A stretch of DNA of 64,000 nt from an uncultured Bacilli bacterium (GCA_947629025.1 CANRCC010000005.1:3288-67287), one strand, 5' to 3'. Counted from the first letter of the stretch, positions 41,128 to 51,974 are shown. Notes: generated by a model not told the origin, from the letters alone. Made by a program: numbers and translations.

Positions 41128-42849
41128 TTATATCAGTTCATTTAAAATTTGTATATTTTTTCTTGAATTATTTATAATTTCTTTTATAAAAATAGACTCA
41201 TTATTTTTTTTAGTAAATAAATAAACATTATTTTTTGTTCTTGTTAGTGCTACATAAAATAATCTTCTTTCTTCTTCATAAGGATAAATATCACTATCTT
41301 TTATTACAAAATTAAATATGTTATCATTTATTACCTTATTTGGAAAACCAAGATAATCATCCACCATATTTAGAATAATTGTATTACTTGCTTCTAAACC
41401 TTTAGATCTATGTACAGTTAAAAATTTTATATTCTTACTCTTATCTTTACTATATATAATATTATTTTCATTAATAGTAAAATTCTGTGATTTTAATATA
41501 GGAGTAATATCCTTATTATTTCTACCTAACACAAAAATATCAGTATCAATATTATTTATAATATTTTCAAATGCAATAATTAAATCATTATAATAAACTA
41601 TTTTTATTGGTTTATTTAATGTAATATTTGATTTTAAATTCTTTTTCATCTGGTATTTATTTTTCATAATAAATTTGCCAGCAACACTTATTAACTCTTT
41701 AGAATTTCTATATGTATTTTCAATTTTTAATATTTTACTTTTTCCAAAATATTTCTCAAAATTCAAAAACATTGATAAATTGCATCCTGTAAATCTATAA
41801 ATTGACTGAAAATCATCCCCTACTGCGATAATTTTAGCTCCACTAATATCTTTTATTTTTTTAATAAGCATATATCTAGTTAAAGATGTATCTTGATACT
41901 CATCTATTATTATATATTTGTATTTTATTTTATCTTTTATCTTCTTTAACGATAGATTTATCATATCATTAAAATCAATCATATTTTGACTTTTTAGTTC
42001 TTCCATATAAACGCTATATATTTCTTTAATTAACCTAAGTAATATAAAATTTTTCCATCTTACATTTTTATCTTTTTCTTTATAATTTGTTATAAAAAAT
42101 TCATCAAATTTACTAACATCATAATTATTTGACTTAAATAAATTAATAAAAGTACTTATTAATATCTTAAACCTCATATAAAACTTTGTATTTGAGTCTA
42201 ATAAAATAATATTATCATTAAAATTACTTCTAATATATTCATCTACAACGTAGTTTAATAGGTAATCATTTGCTATTGTAAATTTATTTTCATTACTCTC
42301 ATTTAATATATTAAGAGCTAATTTATGAAATGTATATACGTCTATATCATAATTATAATTTTCTGACAAAGCATTTTTTATGTCATTAACAGAATCATTA
42401 GTAAATGATATACATAATATTTCATCTTGATTTATTTTCATATTTTCAATTAAATATCTTATTTTAGCAATTATTGTTAATGTTTTACCAGATCCTGCGC
42501 CCGCAATTACAAGAGTATTATCTTCACTAGATAAAACTGCTAATCTTTGATTATAATCAAGTGAATGTCCATTTATATTATCAAGTAATTTCTTTGTATT
42601 CTTTAATTTATAATTAATAAATTTTTCATTTTGATATTTTTTTAAGGTTTCAATATGTTTATAATCATATATAAACCTAATATATTTTACTGAAGATAAA
42701 AAACTATTTACTATCATTTTATATAAACTAGAATATTTTTCTTTTATATTTTTAATATCACTATAGGATAAATATTTTTCTAAACTATTAAATTCCATAT
42801 AAAAGCATAATATATGATTTAAAATGTATTTTTCATTCAAAATTACCAC
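41128..42849 (-). CDS. UvrD/Rep-family DNA helicase, HelD-like (start codon uncertain)
   Basis: Walker A AGAGSGKT, IIIDEYQDTS (motif II) and LTVHRSKGLEA (motif VI). N-terminal HelD-like domain. ORF-track start is a GTG. Confidence 0.7.
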   Translation of the reverse strand: MVILNEKYILNHILCFYMEFNSLEKYLSYSDIKNIKEKYSSLYKMIVNSFLSSVKYIRFIYDYKHIETLKKYQNEKFINYKLKNTKKLLDNINGHSLDYNQRLAVLSSEDNTLVIAGAGSGKTLTIIAKIRYLIENMKINQDEILCISFTNDSVNDIKNALSENYNYDIDVYTFHKLALNILNESNENKFTIANDYLLNYVVDEYIRSNFNDNIILLDSNTKFYMRFKILISTFINLFKSNNYDVSKFDEFFITNYKEKDKNVRWKNFILLRLIKEIYSVYMEELKSQNMIDFNDMINLSLKKIKDKIKYKYIIIDEYQDTSLTRYMLIKKIKDISGAKIIAVGDDFQSIYRFTGCNLSMFLNFEKYFGKSKILKIENTYRNSKELISVAGKFIMKNKYQMKKNLKSNITLNKPIKIVYYNDLIIAFENIINNIDTDIFVLGRNNKDITPILKSQNFTINENNIIYSKDKSKNIKFLTVHRSKGLEASNTIILNMVDDYLGFPNKVINDNIFNFVIKDSDIYPYEEERRLFYVALTRTKNNVYLFTKKNNESIFIKEIINNSRKNIQILNELI

Positions 42850-42870
42850 CTATAATATATATTCTCTTAA

Positions 42871-42899
42871 CAAATAAAAAAACCACTATAATGTGGTTA
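42871..42899 (-). terminator. recA rho-independent terminator
   Basis: Stem aaccac/gtggtt with a 6-nt loop, followed by a U-run on the minus strand 10 nt after the recA stop. Confidence 0.55.
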
Positions 42900-42909
42900 A
42901 TTTCAAATG

Positions 42910-43932
42910 TTATTTTTTATTTTTATTTGATATATTATGAAATTCTCTAACTTTTTCTTCAAGTTCATCTCTAAGTTTTGTATTTTCTTTTAGCATAGCT
43001 TTTACTGTTTCTTTACCTTGTCCTAATTTTTCACCATTATAGGCATACCAAGAACCACTTTTTTCAAGTATATTAGCTTCTGTTGCTAAATCTATTATCT
43101 CAGCTTCCTTACTTACACCCTCACCATACATAATTTCTAAAGTAGCTGTTCTAAATGGTGGAGCAACTTTATTTTTTACTACTTTAACAGTTGTTCTATT
43201 TCCTATGACTTTATCACCTTGTTTTATTTGTTCACTACGTCTAACATCCATTCTAATTGTTGAGTAAAATTTTAATGCTCTTCCTCCTGGAGTAGTTTCT
43301 GGATTTCCAAATAATACTCCTACTTTTTCTCTTAATTGATTTATAAATATAGCAATTGTATTTGTTTTATTAATTGTACCAGATAATTTTCTAAGTGCTT
43401 GGCTCATAAGTCTTGCTTGTAATCCAACATGAGAATCACCCATTTCACCCTCAATCTCTGCTTGTGGTACTAAAGCAGCAACTGAATCTATTACAACAAT
43501 ATTAATAGCTTCACTTCTAACAAGCGCCTCACAAATTTCAAGTGCTTGTTCACCAGTATCAGGTTGAGATAATAATAATTCATTAATATTAACTCCTAAA
43601 TTTTTAGCATAAACTGGATCAAGCGCATGTTCAGCATCTATAAAAGCAGCTCTACCACCAGCTTTTTGTATTTCTGCAATTGCATGAAGAGCAAATGTTG
43701 TTTTACCACTTGATTCAGGACCATATATTTCAATTATTCTTCCTTTTGGATAACCTCCAACACCTAATGCTATATCAAGTGATAATGAACCACTTGGTGA
43801 AACTGCTATCTCACTATGTGTTTCATCACCTAATTTCATTATTGCACCCTTACCAAATTGTTTTTCTATATCTTGTAGTACTTGTGATAATATTTTATCT
43901 TTATCATTAGTTTTTTCAGTATTTTTTGTCAT
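42910..43932 (-). CDS. recA: recombinase RecA
   Basis: GPESSGKTT Walker A, L1/L2 loops, [18 protein letters not shown]-terminus. Confidence 0.95.
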   Translation of the reverse strand: MTKNTEKTNDKDKILSQVLQDIEKQFGKGAIMKLGDETHSEIAVSPSGSLSLDIALGVGGYPKGRIIEIYGPESSGKTTFALHAIAEIQKAGGRAAFIDAEHALDPVYAKNLGVNINELLLSQPDTGEQALEICEALVRSEAINIVVIDSVAALVPQAEIEGEMGDSHVGLQARLMSQALRKLSGTINKTNTIAIFINQLREKVGVLFGNPETTPGGRALKFYSTIRMDVRRSEQIKQGDKVIGNRTTVKVVKNKVAPPFRTATLEIMYGEGVSKEAEIIDLATEANILEKSGSWYAYNGEKLGQGKETVKAMLKENTKLRDELEEKVREFHNISNKNKK

Positions 43933-43992
43933 TATATTTTATCCTCCTTACTGAATACAATAATATTATACATTATTATCAAAATTATTGCA

Positions 43993-44005
43993 AGAGTTTT
44001 TTCGA
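43993..44005 (-). promoter_or_regulatory. LexA (Cheo/SOS) box upstream of recA
   Basis: CGAACAATTGTTC matches the Gram-positive Cheo consensus CGAAC-N4-GTTCG. It lies ~60 nt upstream of the recA ATG. Confidence 0.6.
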
Positions 44006-44096
44006 ACAATTGTTCTTATTTTGCAAATTAAACTTTTCTAATATTAAATTTTTGCATAAAAAAAATAATTTTTTAATGTTATTATTCATCAAAAAA

Positions 44097-44708
44097 TTAA
44101 TTTTTAACTAAATATTTTTTAAACATATTATAATATTCAACACCAGATACTACTGATAATAATGTAGCAGTTATAATAAAGAAATCATCTGCAGCTATAT
44201 TTATTAATCCAAATGGTAAATTACCAAATAATTTAAGTGTCAAACCAATCATAAGAAAGGCTGTTTTAAATTTACCTGTTTTAATTGCACCTACTGCACT
44301 TTCATTATTTCCTGCAATCATCTTTAATGTATTTACAATTGTATCTCTAAGTATTATAACAACTGGTATTACTGGGTGCAAATATCCATCAGAAGCTAAA
44401 ATAATAAGTAAACCATTTATTAATATTTTATCCGCAATCGCATCCATAACTTTTCCAAAATCACTTACTAAGTTATATTTTCTAGCAATATATCCATCTA
44501 AAAAGTCTGTAATTGATGCTATTACAAATAAAACTCCAACTATTATCATTTTTGTATCTATTATTATTGTATTATTTACTAAAAATCTTTTAAAACTTAT
44601 ATTTACCATATTCCAAGGAAAAAGCATTATTACTAAAGTAATTACAGATATTACTATTCTAAGTAATGTCAATTTATTTGGAAAATTTTTATCTTTCACT
44701 TCTATCAC
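44097..44708 (-). CDS. pgsA: CDP-diacylglycerol--glycerol-3-phosphate 3-phosphatidyltransferase
   Basis: CDP-alcohol phosphatidyltransferase motif DFLDGYIARKYNLVSDFGKVMDAIADK. Synteny rodZ-pgsA-recA. Confidence 0.85.
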   Translation of the reverse strand: MIEVKDKNFPNKLTLLRIVISVITLVIMLFPWNMVNISFKRFLVNNTIIIDTKMIIVGVLFVIASITDFLDGYIARKYNLVSDFGKVMDAIADKILINGLLIILASDGYLHPVIPVVIILRDTIVNTLKMIAGNNESAVGAIKTGKFKTAFLMIGLTLKLFGNLPFGLINIAADDFFIITATLLSVVSGVEYYNMFKKYLVKN

Positions 44709-44711
44709 CTA

Positions 44712-45176
44712 CTAAGATTCATAACTTATTTTTATATTTTCACTTGTTCCACTATCGTTATTTTTATTATGAAAAAACACAATAACAAAAGTAATTATTA
44801 ATATTAAAAGTATTATACCTAAAATAATTGGTAGTTTACTTTTTTCCTTTTCTTTTTTTGTATAAGGAGAAACTATCTTATCCTCATCTTCTTTTGCTTT
44901 ACTTGCTTTTTCTATATCATCTATTGGTATTTTTGATGTTGATTCAAATACATATTCATTAAATTCATCTATTATTTCTTCTGCATTTAATCCTAGGTAT
45001 TTTGAATAATCCGTTACCATACATTTTAGTAAAAATATATCTTTAAATATTTTAAAATCACCATTTTCTATTGCTTCAAGTTGAGAAACTTTGTAATTAA
45101 GATCTTCCGAAGCTTCTTCTATCGACACACCTGCTTCTTCTCTTGCATCCTTTAACATTTCTCCAATTTCTTTCAT
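44712..45176 (-). CDS. rodZ: RodZ-like HTH (XRE) membrane protein
   Basis: N-terminal HTH IGEMLKDAREEAGVSIEEASEDL...LEAIENGDF and single TM. Positioned upstream of pgsA as B. subtilis ymfM/rodZ. AAAGGAG RBS. Confidence 0.6.
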   Translation of the reverse strand: MKEIGEMLKDAREEAGVSIEEASEDLNYKVSQLEAIENGDFKIFKDIFLLKCMVTDYSKYLGLNAEEIIDEFNEYVFESTSKIPIDDIEKASKAKEDEDKIVSPYTKKEKEKSKLPIILGIILLILIITFVIVFFHNKNNDSGTSENIKISYES

Positions 45177-45197
45177 TTGTACACTCCTTTATAAAAT

Positions 45198-45560
45198 AAA
45201 AATAATAATTTTTAATAAGCCATGTTCTGTACCTATTACTAGGTGGTAAACATTTATCTATGACTATGTCATCCCCTACTTGATTCTTAATTTTCTTGTA
45301 AGGGTTCCCCTACCATATTTTGGGTTTCTCGCTTGCGGAGTTTACCATCGTTTCACTTTTTTCTTTCGAAAAAAAATCGTCACTGTGGCACTTTATGATT
45401 ACTATATCCATAGAAAATCCTTAGGATAATTCATCGTCGTTAGTATAAATACTACTATAGGTTATTTTTTCCCTATACACAAACACTACTGTCATCACAG
45501 AACAGTGCGAGCATGGACTTTCCTCTACACTAAGTGCAGCGTTTACCTAAAAAATTATTA
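45198..45560 (-). ncRNA. rnpB: RNase P RNA, type B (Firmicutes)
   Basis: The reverse complement contains GUAGAGGAAAGUCCAUGCUCGCAC (P4 5' strand), AAGUGCCACAGUGACGA, GUGAAACGAUGGUAAACUCCGCAAGCGAGAAACCCAAAUAUGGUAGGGGAACC and ACAGAACAUGGCUUA, near-identical to B. subtilis rnpB blocks. P1 pairs 45548-45560 with ~45203-45215. GC-enriched island in AT-rich DNA. Adjacent to gpsB as in Bacillus. Confidence 0.88.
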
Positions 45561-45893
45561 CTCATCATCAGTTACGTCTTTACCATATATTATTTTTTCT
45601 AATTGTGATATTCTTCTAAGTAGATCAACATTTGTTACTTCACGATTACTATTTTTTACAATATCCATATTAGCTTTTGCATTTCTAAGTTTATGCTTAA
45701 GATCTAATATTTCTCTAGTCATACTTTCAATTTGTTCATCTTTTTCTCTAATACGACTTGCATATGTTTGATAATCGCTTATGACCATGTCTAAAACTTT
45801 ATCTACTTCTTGAGGTCTATATCCCCTAGTATCCATTTTAAAATCCCAATTATATAACATATCAGGAGTTAATAAAATTTCATCTGGTTTCAT
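45558..45893 (-). CDS. gpsB: cell-cycle protein GpsB (DivIVA-domain)
   Basis: DFKMDTRGYRPQEVDKVLDMVISDYQTY DivIVA N-domain, coiled coil, 111 aa. Confidence 0.8.
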   Translation of the reverse strand: MKPDEILLTPDMLYNWDFKMDTRGYRPQEVDKVLDMVISDYQTYASRIREKDEQIESMTREILDLKHKLRNAKANMDIVKNSNREVTNVDLLRRISQLEKIIYGKDVTDDE

Positions 45894-46219
45894 TCAAATC
45901 ACCTCTAGTAAAAACTATTATCACAAAATTTTACTATTTTGTCAATTTACAACTATTTACTCTTATTTACAGTAAGTTTAAAAAGTAAATTTATATTACT
46001 ATCTGCTACATCTTCAATCATATTATTTAATACATATATCAAATATAAATTATTCATAGCTATTCTCCTTTATCATATATTATCATCCTTTAAAATATAT
46101 TTCATTATGTTCGACAAACAAAGATAATAAAAATAAAAATAATACAAAATAAGAAAATTTTTTTAAAATAAAATCTATTAAATTTTTAAAATATATAGTA
46201 TAATGATAAAGGTGATAAT

Positions 46220-46792
46220 ATGAATTATCCAAATAAGAAAAAAACATTTGCAAAAAATGAAATAGATTATTCAAATAGAGGTATGAATCTAGAAAGTGAC
46301 ATAAATAATTCAAATAAATATTATCTTGAAAATGATATTGCTATTATATATAAAAAACCAACGCCAGTTAAAGTGGTAAAAGTTGATTATAATAAAAGAA
46401 TTAATACAAAAATAACTGAGGCATATTATGAAATTCCATCAACTACTGATTATAATGGCATATACAAAGGAAAATATATTGATTTTGAAGCTAAAGAAAC
46501 AAAATGTAAAACATCATTTTCTTTGAATAATATTCATAAGCATCAAATAAAACATTTAATAGATGTAGAAAGACATGGAGGAATATCATTTTTAATTATA
46601 AGATTTGTTAATCTAAATGAGACATTTTTATTACAAACAAGATTTTTAAAACAATTTCTTGATACAAGTAATAGAAAATCAATACCATATGAATATATAA
46701 AATCAAATGGATTTATAATTGAAGAGGGATATTATCCAAGACTTAACTATATTAAAAATTTAGATTCATTATATTTTGAGGTGATAAAATGA
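46220..46792 (+). CDS. recU: Holliday junction resolvase RecU
   Basis: YKKPTPVKVVKVDY...AYYEIPSTTDYNGIYKGKYIDFEAKETK aligns almost residue-for-residue with B. subtilis RecU. recU-ponA operon arrangement. Confidence 0.9.
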   Translation: MNYPNKKKTFAKNEIDYSNRGMNLESDINNSNKYYLENDIAIIYKKPTPVKVVKVDYNKRINTKITEAYYEIPSTTDYNGIYKGKYIDFEAKETKCKTSFSLNNIHKHQIKHLIDVERHGGISFLIIRFVNLNETFLLQTRFLKQFLDTSNRKSIPYEYIKSNGFIIEEGYYPRLNYIKNLDSLYFEVIK

Positions 46793-49746
46793 AAGAAAAT
46801 ATAAACAAATTAAATAAAAAAGTAAAAAAATTTATTGATGAAAACAAAGCATATTCTAGTATAGTATTAATACTACTTATAATTGTATTAATAGCAATGA
46901 TCTTAAATACAATATTTGGCTTAATGCTTTTTGTAGCATTCCTTATTATTAATATAATTTTTATTAAAGTTGGAGGTCTTGAAAAGATGAAAAAGAAAAC
47001 AAATTCAAAGAAGAAAAAGAATAATAAAAAGATTAAAAAAGTTATTGTAAATACATTCTTATTTCTACTACTTATTGGACTAATTGGTGGAATAGTATTT
47101 GCTATATATATAGTTATAAATGCACCAGAATTTGATCCAGATAATTTGTTTAGAGCAGAAGCATCTATTGTATATGATAAAGATAATAATCAAGTTACTA
47201 AACTTGGTATAGAAAAAAGAAAGAAAGTAACGTATAATGATTTACCACAAGTTTTAGTTGATGCAATTATTGCAACTGAAGATTCTAGATATATGCAACA
47301 TAATGGTTTTGATTTACCAAGATTTTTAAAAGCATCTTTTGGACAGGTTATAAATAAAATTACTGGTCATGGAAATGCTGGTGGTGGATCTACTTTAACA
47401 ATGCAAGTTTCAAAAAACAATTATACATCTGTTGAATCTTCAGGATTTGAGGGTATAGTAAGAAAATTTACAGATATATATATGTCAATATTTAAACTTG
47501 AAAAAAGTTATTCAAAAGAAGAAATCTTAGAATTTTATGTTAATACACCATTCTTAGGTAATAGTTCATATGGTGTTGAGCAAGCATGTCAAAGTTATTT
47601 TGGGAAATCTGTATCTGATATAAATTTAAGTGAAGCAGCAATAATAGCAGGATTATTCCAAGCACCTAGTTCATATGACCCATATAGATATCCAGAAGCA
47701 ACAAAAGAAAGACGTGAAACTGTTTTATACTTAATGAAAAAACATGGATATATTACTGAAGAAGAACAAAAAATTGCAAATAGTATTCCAATTGAATCAT
47801 TATTAAGAAAATCTAATCCTGAAGGAGATTCTAATCCTTATCAATCATATATAGATATAGTAATAGATGAGGTTGAAGAAAAAACAGGATATAGTCCATA
47901 TACAACTGGTATGAAAATATATACTAATCTAGATACTGGAAAACAGGAAATGATGAATGATATTATGGCTGGAAAAACATGGACTTGGAAAGATGATAAA
48001 GTTCAAGCTGGTGTTGCAATTGTAGATGTTAACACTGGAGCACTTGTTGCAGTTGGTGGTGGAAGAAATAGAACTGGTGAAAGACAACTTAACTTTGCAA
48101 CTGATATAAAAAGACAAATAGGATCTTGTGCAAAACCACTATTTGATTATGGACCTGCATATGAATATAATAATGCTTCAGAAGCAAGTCAAGTTCTAGA
48201 TGCTCCTTACTCATATGGTGATGGTAAAGCTATTAAAAATGCTGATGGTGGCTATGGAGGAATTATGACATATAAGTATGCAATGGCAGCATCAAGAAAT
48301 ATTCCTGCTGTTAAAGTATTCCAATCAGTTGATAATGCAAATATTGTTAAATTTGTTACAAGTCTTGGTATATCACCTGAAATTGATTCAACTGGATATA
48401 TTCATCAAGCACATGCATTAGGAGCATTTACAGGTTCAAACCCTATGGAAATGGCTGGTGCATATGCAGCATTTGGTAATGGTGGTTACTATACTAAACC
48501 ATATTCAATAAGTAAAGTAGAATATATTGATTCTGGAAAAACAGTAAGTTTAAAAAATAAAAAAACAAAAGTAATGTCTGATTCAACAGCTTACATGATA
48601 ACAGATGCATTGTTGTATGCAGTTGAAGGATATGGAAATATAAATGGAAGTGTTAGAGGAGTTAGACTTGCAGCAAAAACTGGTACTTCAAATTTCAGTA
48701 CAGAAGCAAGAAAAGAATATGGTTATCCATCTTCAGCAAATATGGATATGTGGGTAACTGGATATACTCCTGAATACGCTGTATCACTATGGTATGGATA
48801 TGAAAATGCTGAAAGAGGTTATTATTTAGCAAGTGATGGATATACTACTAGAGGTAAGTTATTTAGACAAATCATAGCTAATATATCAGATACAAGTGGT
48901 TCTAAAGGATTTACTGTACCAAGTAGTCTAGTTAAAGTTACAGTTGAAAAAGAAACAGATCCATTAGCATTACCAAGTGCTAATACACCTGATAATATGA
49001 AAGTTACTGAATATTTCAAAAAAGGAACTGAACCAACAGAAGCATCTCCAAGATATAATACTCTTCCTGATCCTACTGGATTAACTGCTAAAACTAATGG
49101 AAATAATATTGAATTATCTTGGAAAGCAGTAAATAAACCTAACTACTTAACAGACGATTACTTTAGAAGTTACTATAAAAAATTATATAGTAATCAATTA
49201 GAAGCACAACTTCAAGCAAGAAATGCATCTCTTGGTGAATATGGATATGAAATATTTATGAAAAATAATTCAAATGGAAGTATATCTTCTTTAGGATTTA
49301 CTACAAATACAACATTTAAAACTACTAAACAAACCAATGATGTTACGTATATAGTAAAAACATCATTTAGTGCATTAAAATTAACACAAAGCCCTGGAGC
49401 ATCTGTTGTAGTAAAAGGACAAAAAGAAGTTGATGATAAAAATAATAATAGCAATACTAATCCTCAAACAATAATCGATATAGATGAAATAGTAGAAAAC
49501 GATTCTTTAGTACTAACTGATAATAGTGTTACGTATAAAGACCCTGGAATAATAGTATTAGAAAACAAAAAAGATATTACAAAGGATGTAACTATTACTG
49601 TGTCTTGTTCTAATGGTGAAAAAGATAAACCTTATAAATCAACATTTACCTTTACAGAAGCAAAAACATATATCATTACATATACTTTTACGTATAAAGG
49701 AAAAACATATACACACACTAGAACTGTTACAGTTAAGAGTCAATAA
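46789..49746 (+). CDS. ponA: class A penicillin-binding protein 1A (transglycosylase/transpeptidase) with long C-terminal extension
   Basis: GT51 motifs EDSRYMQHNGFD and GGSTLTMQ; TP motifs SCAKP, SRN and KTGT. ~300-aa Thr/Asn-rich C-terminal extension. Confidence 0.9.
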   Translation: MKENINKLNKKVKKFIDENKAYSSIVLILLIIVLIAMILNTIFGLMLFVAFLIINIIFIKVGGLEKMKKKTNSKKKKNNKKIKKVIVNTFLFLLLIGLIGGIVFAIYIVINAPEFDPDNLFRAEASIVYDKDNNQVTKLGIEKRKKVTYNDLPQVLVDAIIATEDSRYMQHNGFDLPRFLKASFGQVINKITGHGNAGGGSTLTMQVSKNNYTSVESSGFEGIVRKFTDIYMSIFKLEKSYSKEEILEFYVNTPFLGNSSYGVEQACQSYFGKSVSDINLSEAAIIAGLFQAPSSYDPYRYPEATKERRETVLYLMKKHGYITEEEQKIANSIPIESLLRKSNPEGDSNPYQSYIDIVIDEVEEKTGYSPYTTGMKIYTNLDTGKQEMMNDIMAGKTWTWKDDKVQAGVAIVDVNTGALVAVGGGRNRTGERQLNFATDIKRQIGSCAKPLFDYGPAYEYNNASEASQVLDAPYSYGDGKAIKNADGGYGGIMTYKYAMAASRNIPAVKVFQSVDNANIVKFVTSLGISPEIDSTGYIHQAHALGAFTGSNPMEMAGAYAAFGNGGYYTKPYSISKVEYIDSGKTVSLKNKKTKVMSDSTAYMITDALLYAVEGYGNINGSVRGVRLAAKTGTSNFSTEARKEYGYPSSANMDMWVTGYTPEYAVSLWYGYENAERGYYLASDGYTTRGKLFRQIIANISDTSGSKGFTVPSSLVKVTVEKETDPLALPSANTPDNMKVTEYFKKGTEPTEASPRYNTLPDPTGLTAKTNGNNIELSWKAVNKPNYLTDDYFRSYYKKLYSNQLEAQLQARNASLGEYGYEIFMKNNSNGSISSLGFTTNTTFKTTKQTNDVTYIVKTSFSALKLTQSPGASVVVKGQKEVDDKNNNSNTNPQTIIDIDEIVENDSLVLTDNSVTYKDPGIIVLENKKDITKDVTITVSCSNGEKDKPYKSTFTFTEAKTYIITYTFTYKGKTYTHTRTVTVKSQ

Positions 49747-49772
49747 AAAGAGATTTTATAAAAATCTCTTTT
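49747..49772. terminator. bidirectional terminator between convergent ponA and dnaD-like gene
   Basis: Stem aaagagatttt/aaaatctcttt with loop ata, A/T runs either side. Confidence 0.55.
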
Positions 49773-50415
49773 AATTATTTAACCAGTCATAATCATATAA
49801 TTCTTCGATATAATCATCATCTTTGCTTTCTTTTCTGACAATGTCACTTGGGTTCTTATACCCTTTTTTATTCCATTCAAATAATATTTTATCAATATAT
49901 CTTAAACTATTAACTCCATTTAATACTGCTTCTTTAAGTGCTGCTTTAATAAGATCAATTGATATATTACATTCAATCCAATTTGTTATTGTTTCATATT
50001 CAGTTGGTGATAATGTTCTACCAAATTCCTGTTCAAATATGCTATAAATATCACTAAAATCATTATTTTGCTTGTTATCAACCAAATATACTTTTATCTT
50101 TTCATAAAACAATTCTAATGATACAAATTCTTCCATTATTCCATTATTTTTCTTTACCTCAATTGATATTATATTTTTTTCAAGAAGACTGCTTATAATC
50201 TCTAATACCTTTGCTGCATCCATATGTAATTCTTCTGATATTTTATTAATATCAAAAGATAAGTTTGATTTATTATTTAAAAAGTATACTAGTAATATTA
50301 GTTCATCTATATTAATATCAAAATCACTATAATATTTTACTAAATAATCAGGTATTATATAATTACTATTAACTTTTATTAAATCATCTATTATATTTTT
50401 ATTGATAACAATCAC
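49771..50415 (-). CDS. dnaD: DnaD-domain replication initiation/membrane attachment protein
   Basis: C-terminal DDBH2 region FEQEFGRTLSPTEYETITNWIE...LIKAALKEAVLNGVNSLRYIDKILFEWNKKG. Confidence 0.65.
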   Translation of the reverse strand: MIVINKNIIDDLIKVNSNYIIPDYLVKYYSDFDINIDELILLVYFLNNKSNLSFDINKISEELHMDAAKVLEIISSLLEKNIISIEVKKNNGIMEEFVSLELFYEKIKVYLVDNKQNNDFSDIYSIFEQEFGRTLSPTEYETITNWIECNISIDLIKAALKEAVLNGVNSLRYIDKILFEWNKKGYKNPSDIVRKESKDDDYIEELYDYDWLNN

Positions 50416-51500
50416 CTCTTTTCATACTTATCTTTTATATAATTTATTATACTTTCTTTTGTGTTGTTTAAATTATTATACAATATTTCTTTTTCTAAAT
50501 CTATATATATATTATTAATTTCATCATTAGTAATATTAATTACTGATATTATATCATCATATTTTATATTTATATCTGCTCTTTTTAATATTGGCATACT
50601 ATTATACATATTATCAATTAAAGTATAGTCTATTTCTAATATTTCAGCTGATATATATATTGATTCTTTATTATACTTATAAATCTCTAATACAGTTATT
50701 TCTTTTTTATTTATTATATCTCTTACTTGTTTAATTATATTTTTTTCTTTATTTGAAAAATTATATTTACTACTATAATCTAATTGAGCCCATACACCTA
50801 ATACATTATTAGTTATTATAACAGTATTTTTAGGCTCAATTTCTAGACTTTTATATAAATCTAAGCCTTTTATTATTTCTAATCCATTAATTAAATTAGC
50901 ACTATTAAATATCTTATTTAGTTCATATTTTTTTCTATCATATGATATATGTGATAAAAGATTTGAATTATTCTTTACCTCTTTTAATAAACATTCATCC
51001 ATATTAAATCCTAATTTACTAACAAATCTAATTGCTCTTAATATTCTAACAGGATCTTCTTTTAATACTATTTTAGGATTTAAAATGCATTTAACAACTT
51101 TATTATTAATATCACTCATACCACCTAATAAATCTAATATTTCACCATTTTTATCAATGCATAACGTATTAATAGTAAAATCTCTTCTTAATAAATCTTC
51201 ATATAATGTATCTACATATTCTATTTTATTAGGTCTTCTAAAGTCTTCATAATTATAATCTTTTCTATATGTTGTTATCTCATATATATGATTATTATAT
51301 AACAATTTTGATACACCATATTTTGATATAGATATATTATCAAATATATTTAATAAATCATCTGGTTTTGCATTTGTAGTAATATCTATATCCTTTGAAT
51401 CTATATTCAAAATCTTATCTCTTACATAACCACCTACAATATATGCTTCAAAACCATTATCATGAATTATATTTAATATTTCAAGTGCATCATTAAACAT
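50412..51500 (-). CDS. cca: CCA tRNA nucleotidyltransferase (polyA-polymerase family head domain)
   Basis: GFEAYIVGGYVRDKILN...DIDITT nucleotidyltransferase motif and RRDFTINTL. Confidence 0.85.
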   Translation of the reverse strand: MFNDALEILNIIHDNGFEAYIVGGYVRDKILNIDSKDIDITTNAKPDDLLNIFDNISISKYGVSKLLYNNHIYEITTYRKDYNYEDFRRPNKIEYVDTLYEDLLRRDFTINTLCIDKNGEILDLLGGMSDINNKVVKCILNPKIVLKEDPVRILRAIRFVSKLGFNMDECLLKEVKNNSNLLSHISYDRKKYELNKIFNSANLINGLEIIKGLDLYKSLEIEPKNTVIITNNVLGVWAQLDYSSKYNFSNKEKNIIKQVRDIINKKEITVLEIYKYNKESIYISAEILEIDYTLIDNMYNSMPILKRADINIKYDDIISVINITNDEINNIYIDLEKEILYNNLNNTKESIINYIKDKYEKR

Positions 51501-51557
51501 ACTATCACCTTTTTTAAATTATAACATAAATAAAAAAACCATAAAATGGTTTTTTTA

Positions 51558-51830
51558 TTAGTTAACTCTTTCTTTTAATTTGCTTCCTGCTTTGAATGAA
51601 ACACTGTTTCTAGCAGCAATCTTAACTGGTAGACCAGTTTTTGGATTTCTACCTTCTCTAGCTGCTCTTTTGCTAATACCAAAAGAACCAAATCCAGTTA
51701 AAGTAATTTTATCTCCTTTTTTTAATGTTTCACCAACTACATCTTGGAATGCTTCTAAAGCACGAGATGAATCAGCTTTTGTAAGTCCTGATTTAGCAGC
51801 AATTGCTTCTACTAATTCTAATTTTGTCAT
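51558..51830 (-). CDS. hup: DNA-binding protein HU
   Basis: MTKLELVEAIA...GFGSFGISKRAAREGRNPKTG, 90 aa. Confidence 0.9.
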   Translation of the reverse strand: MTKLELVEAIAAKSGLTKADSSRALEAFQDVVGETLKKGDKITLTGFGSFGISKRAAREGRNPKTGLPVKIAARNSVSFKAGSKLKERVN

Positions 51831-51974
51831 AATTTACCTCCGTGACTTTTTTGTATTTAAGCATACTATGCTTATGTATCTAAAATACCATTTTTTTCAA
51901 ACTTTTGCAATACTTTTTTAAAAAAAATATTAGTTTTTTCCCTAAAAATAAAAGAAAATTACCATAATTTTCTT

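Noticed and set aside
45505-45771. 88-aa plus-strand ORF
   Set aside because: Overlaps the rnpB RNA gene and is antisense to gpsB. Its GC-richness is explained by the structured RNA.
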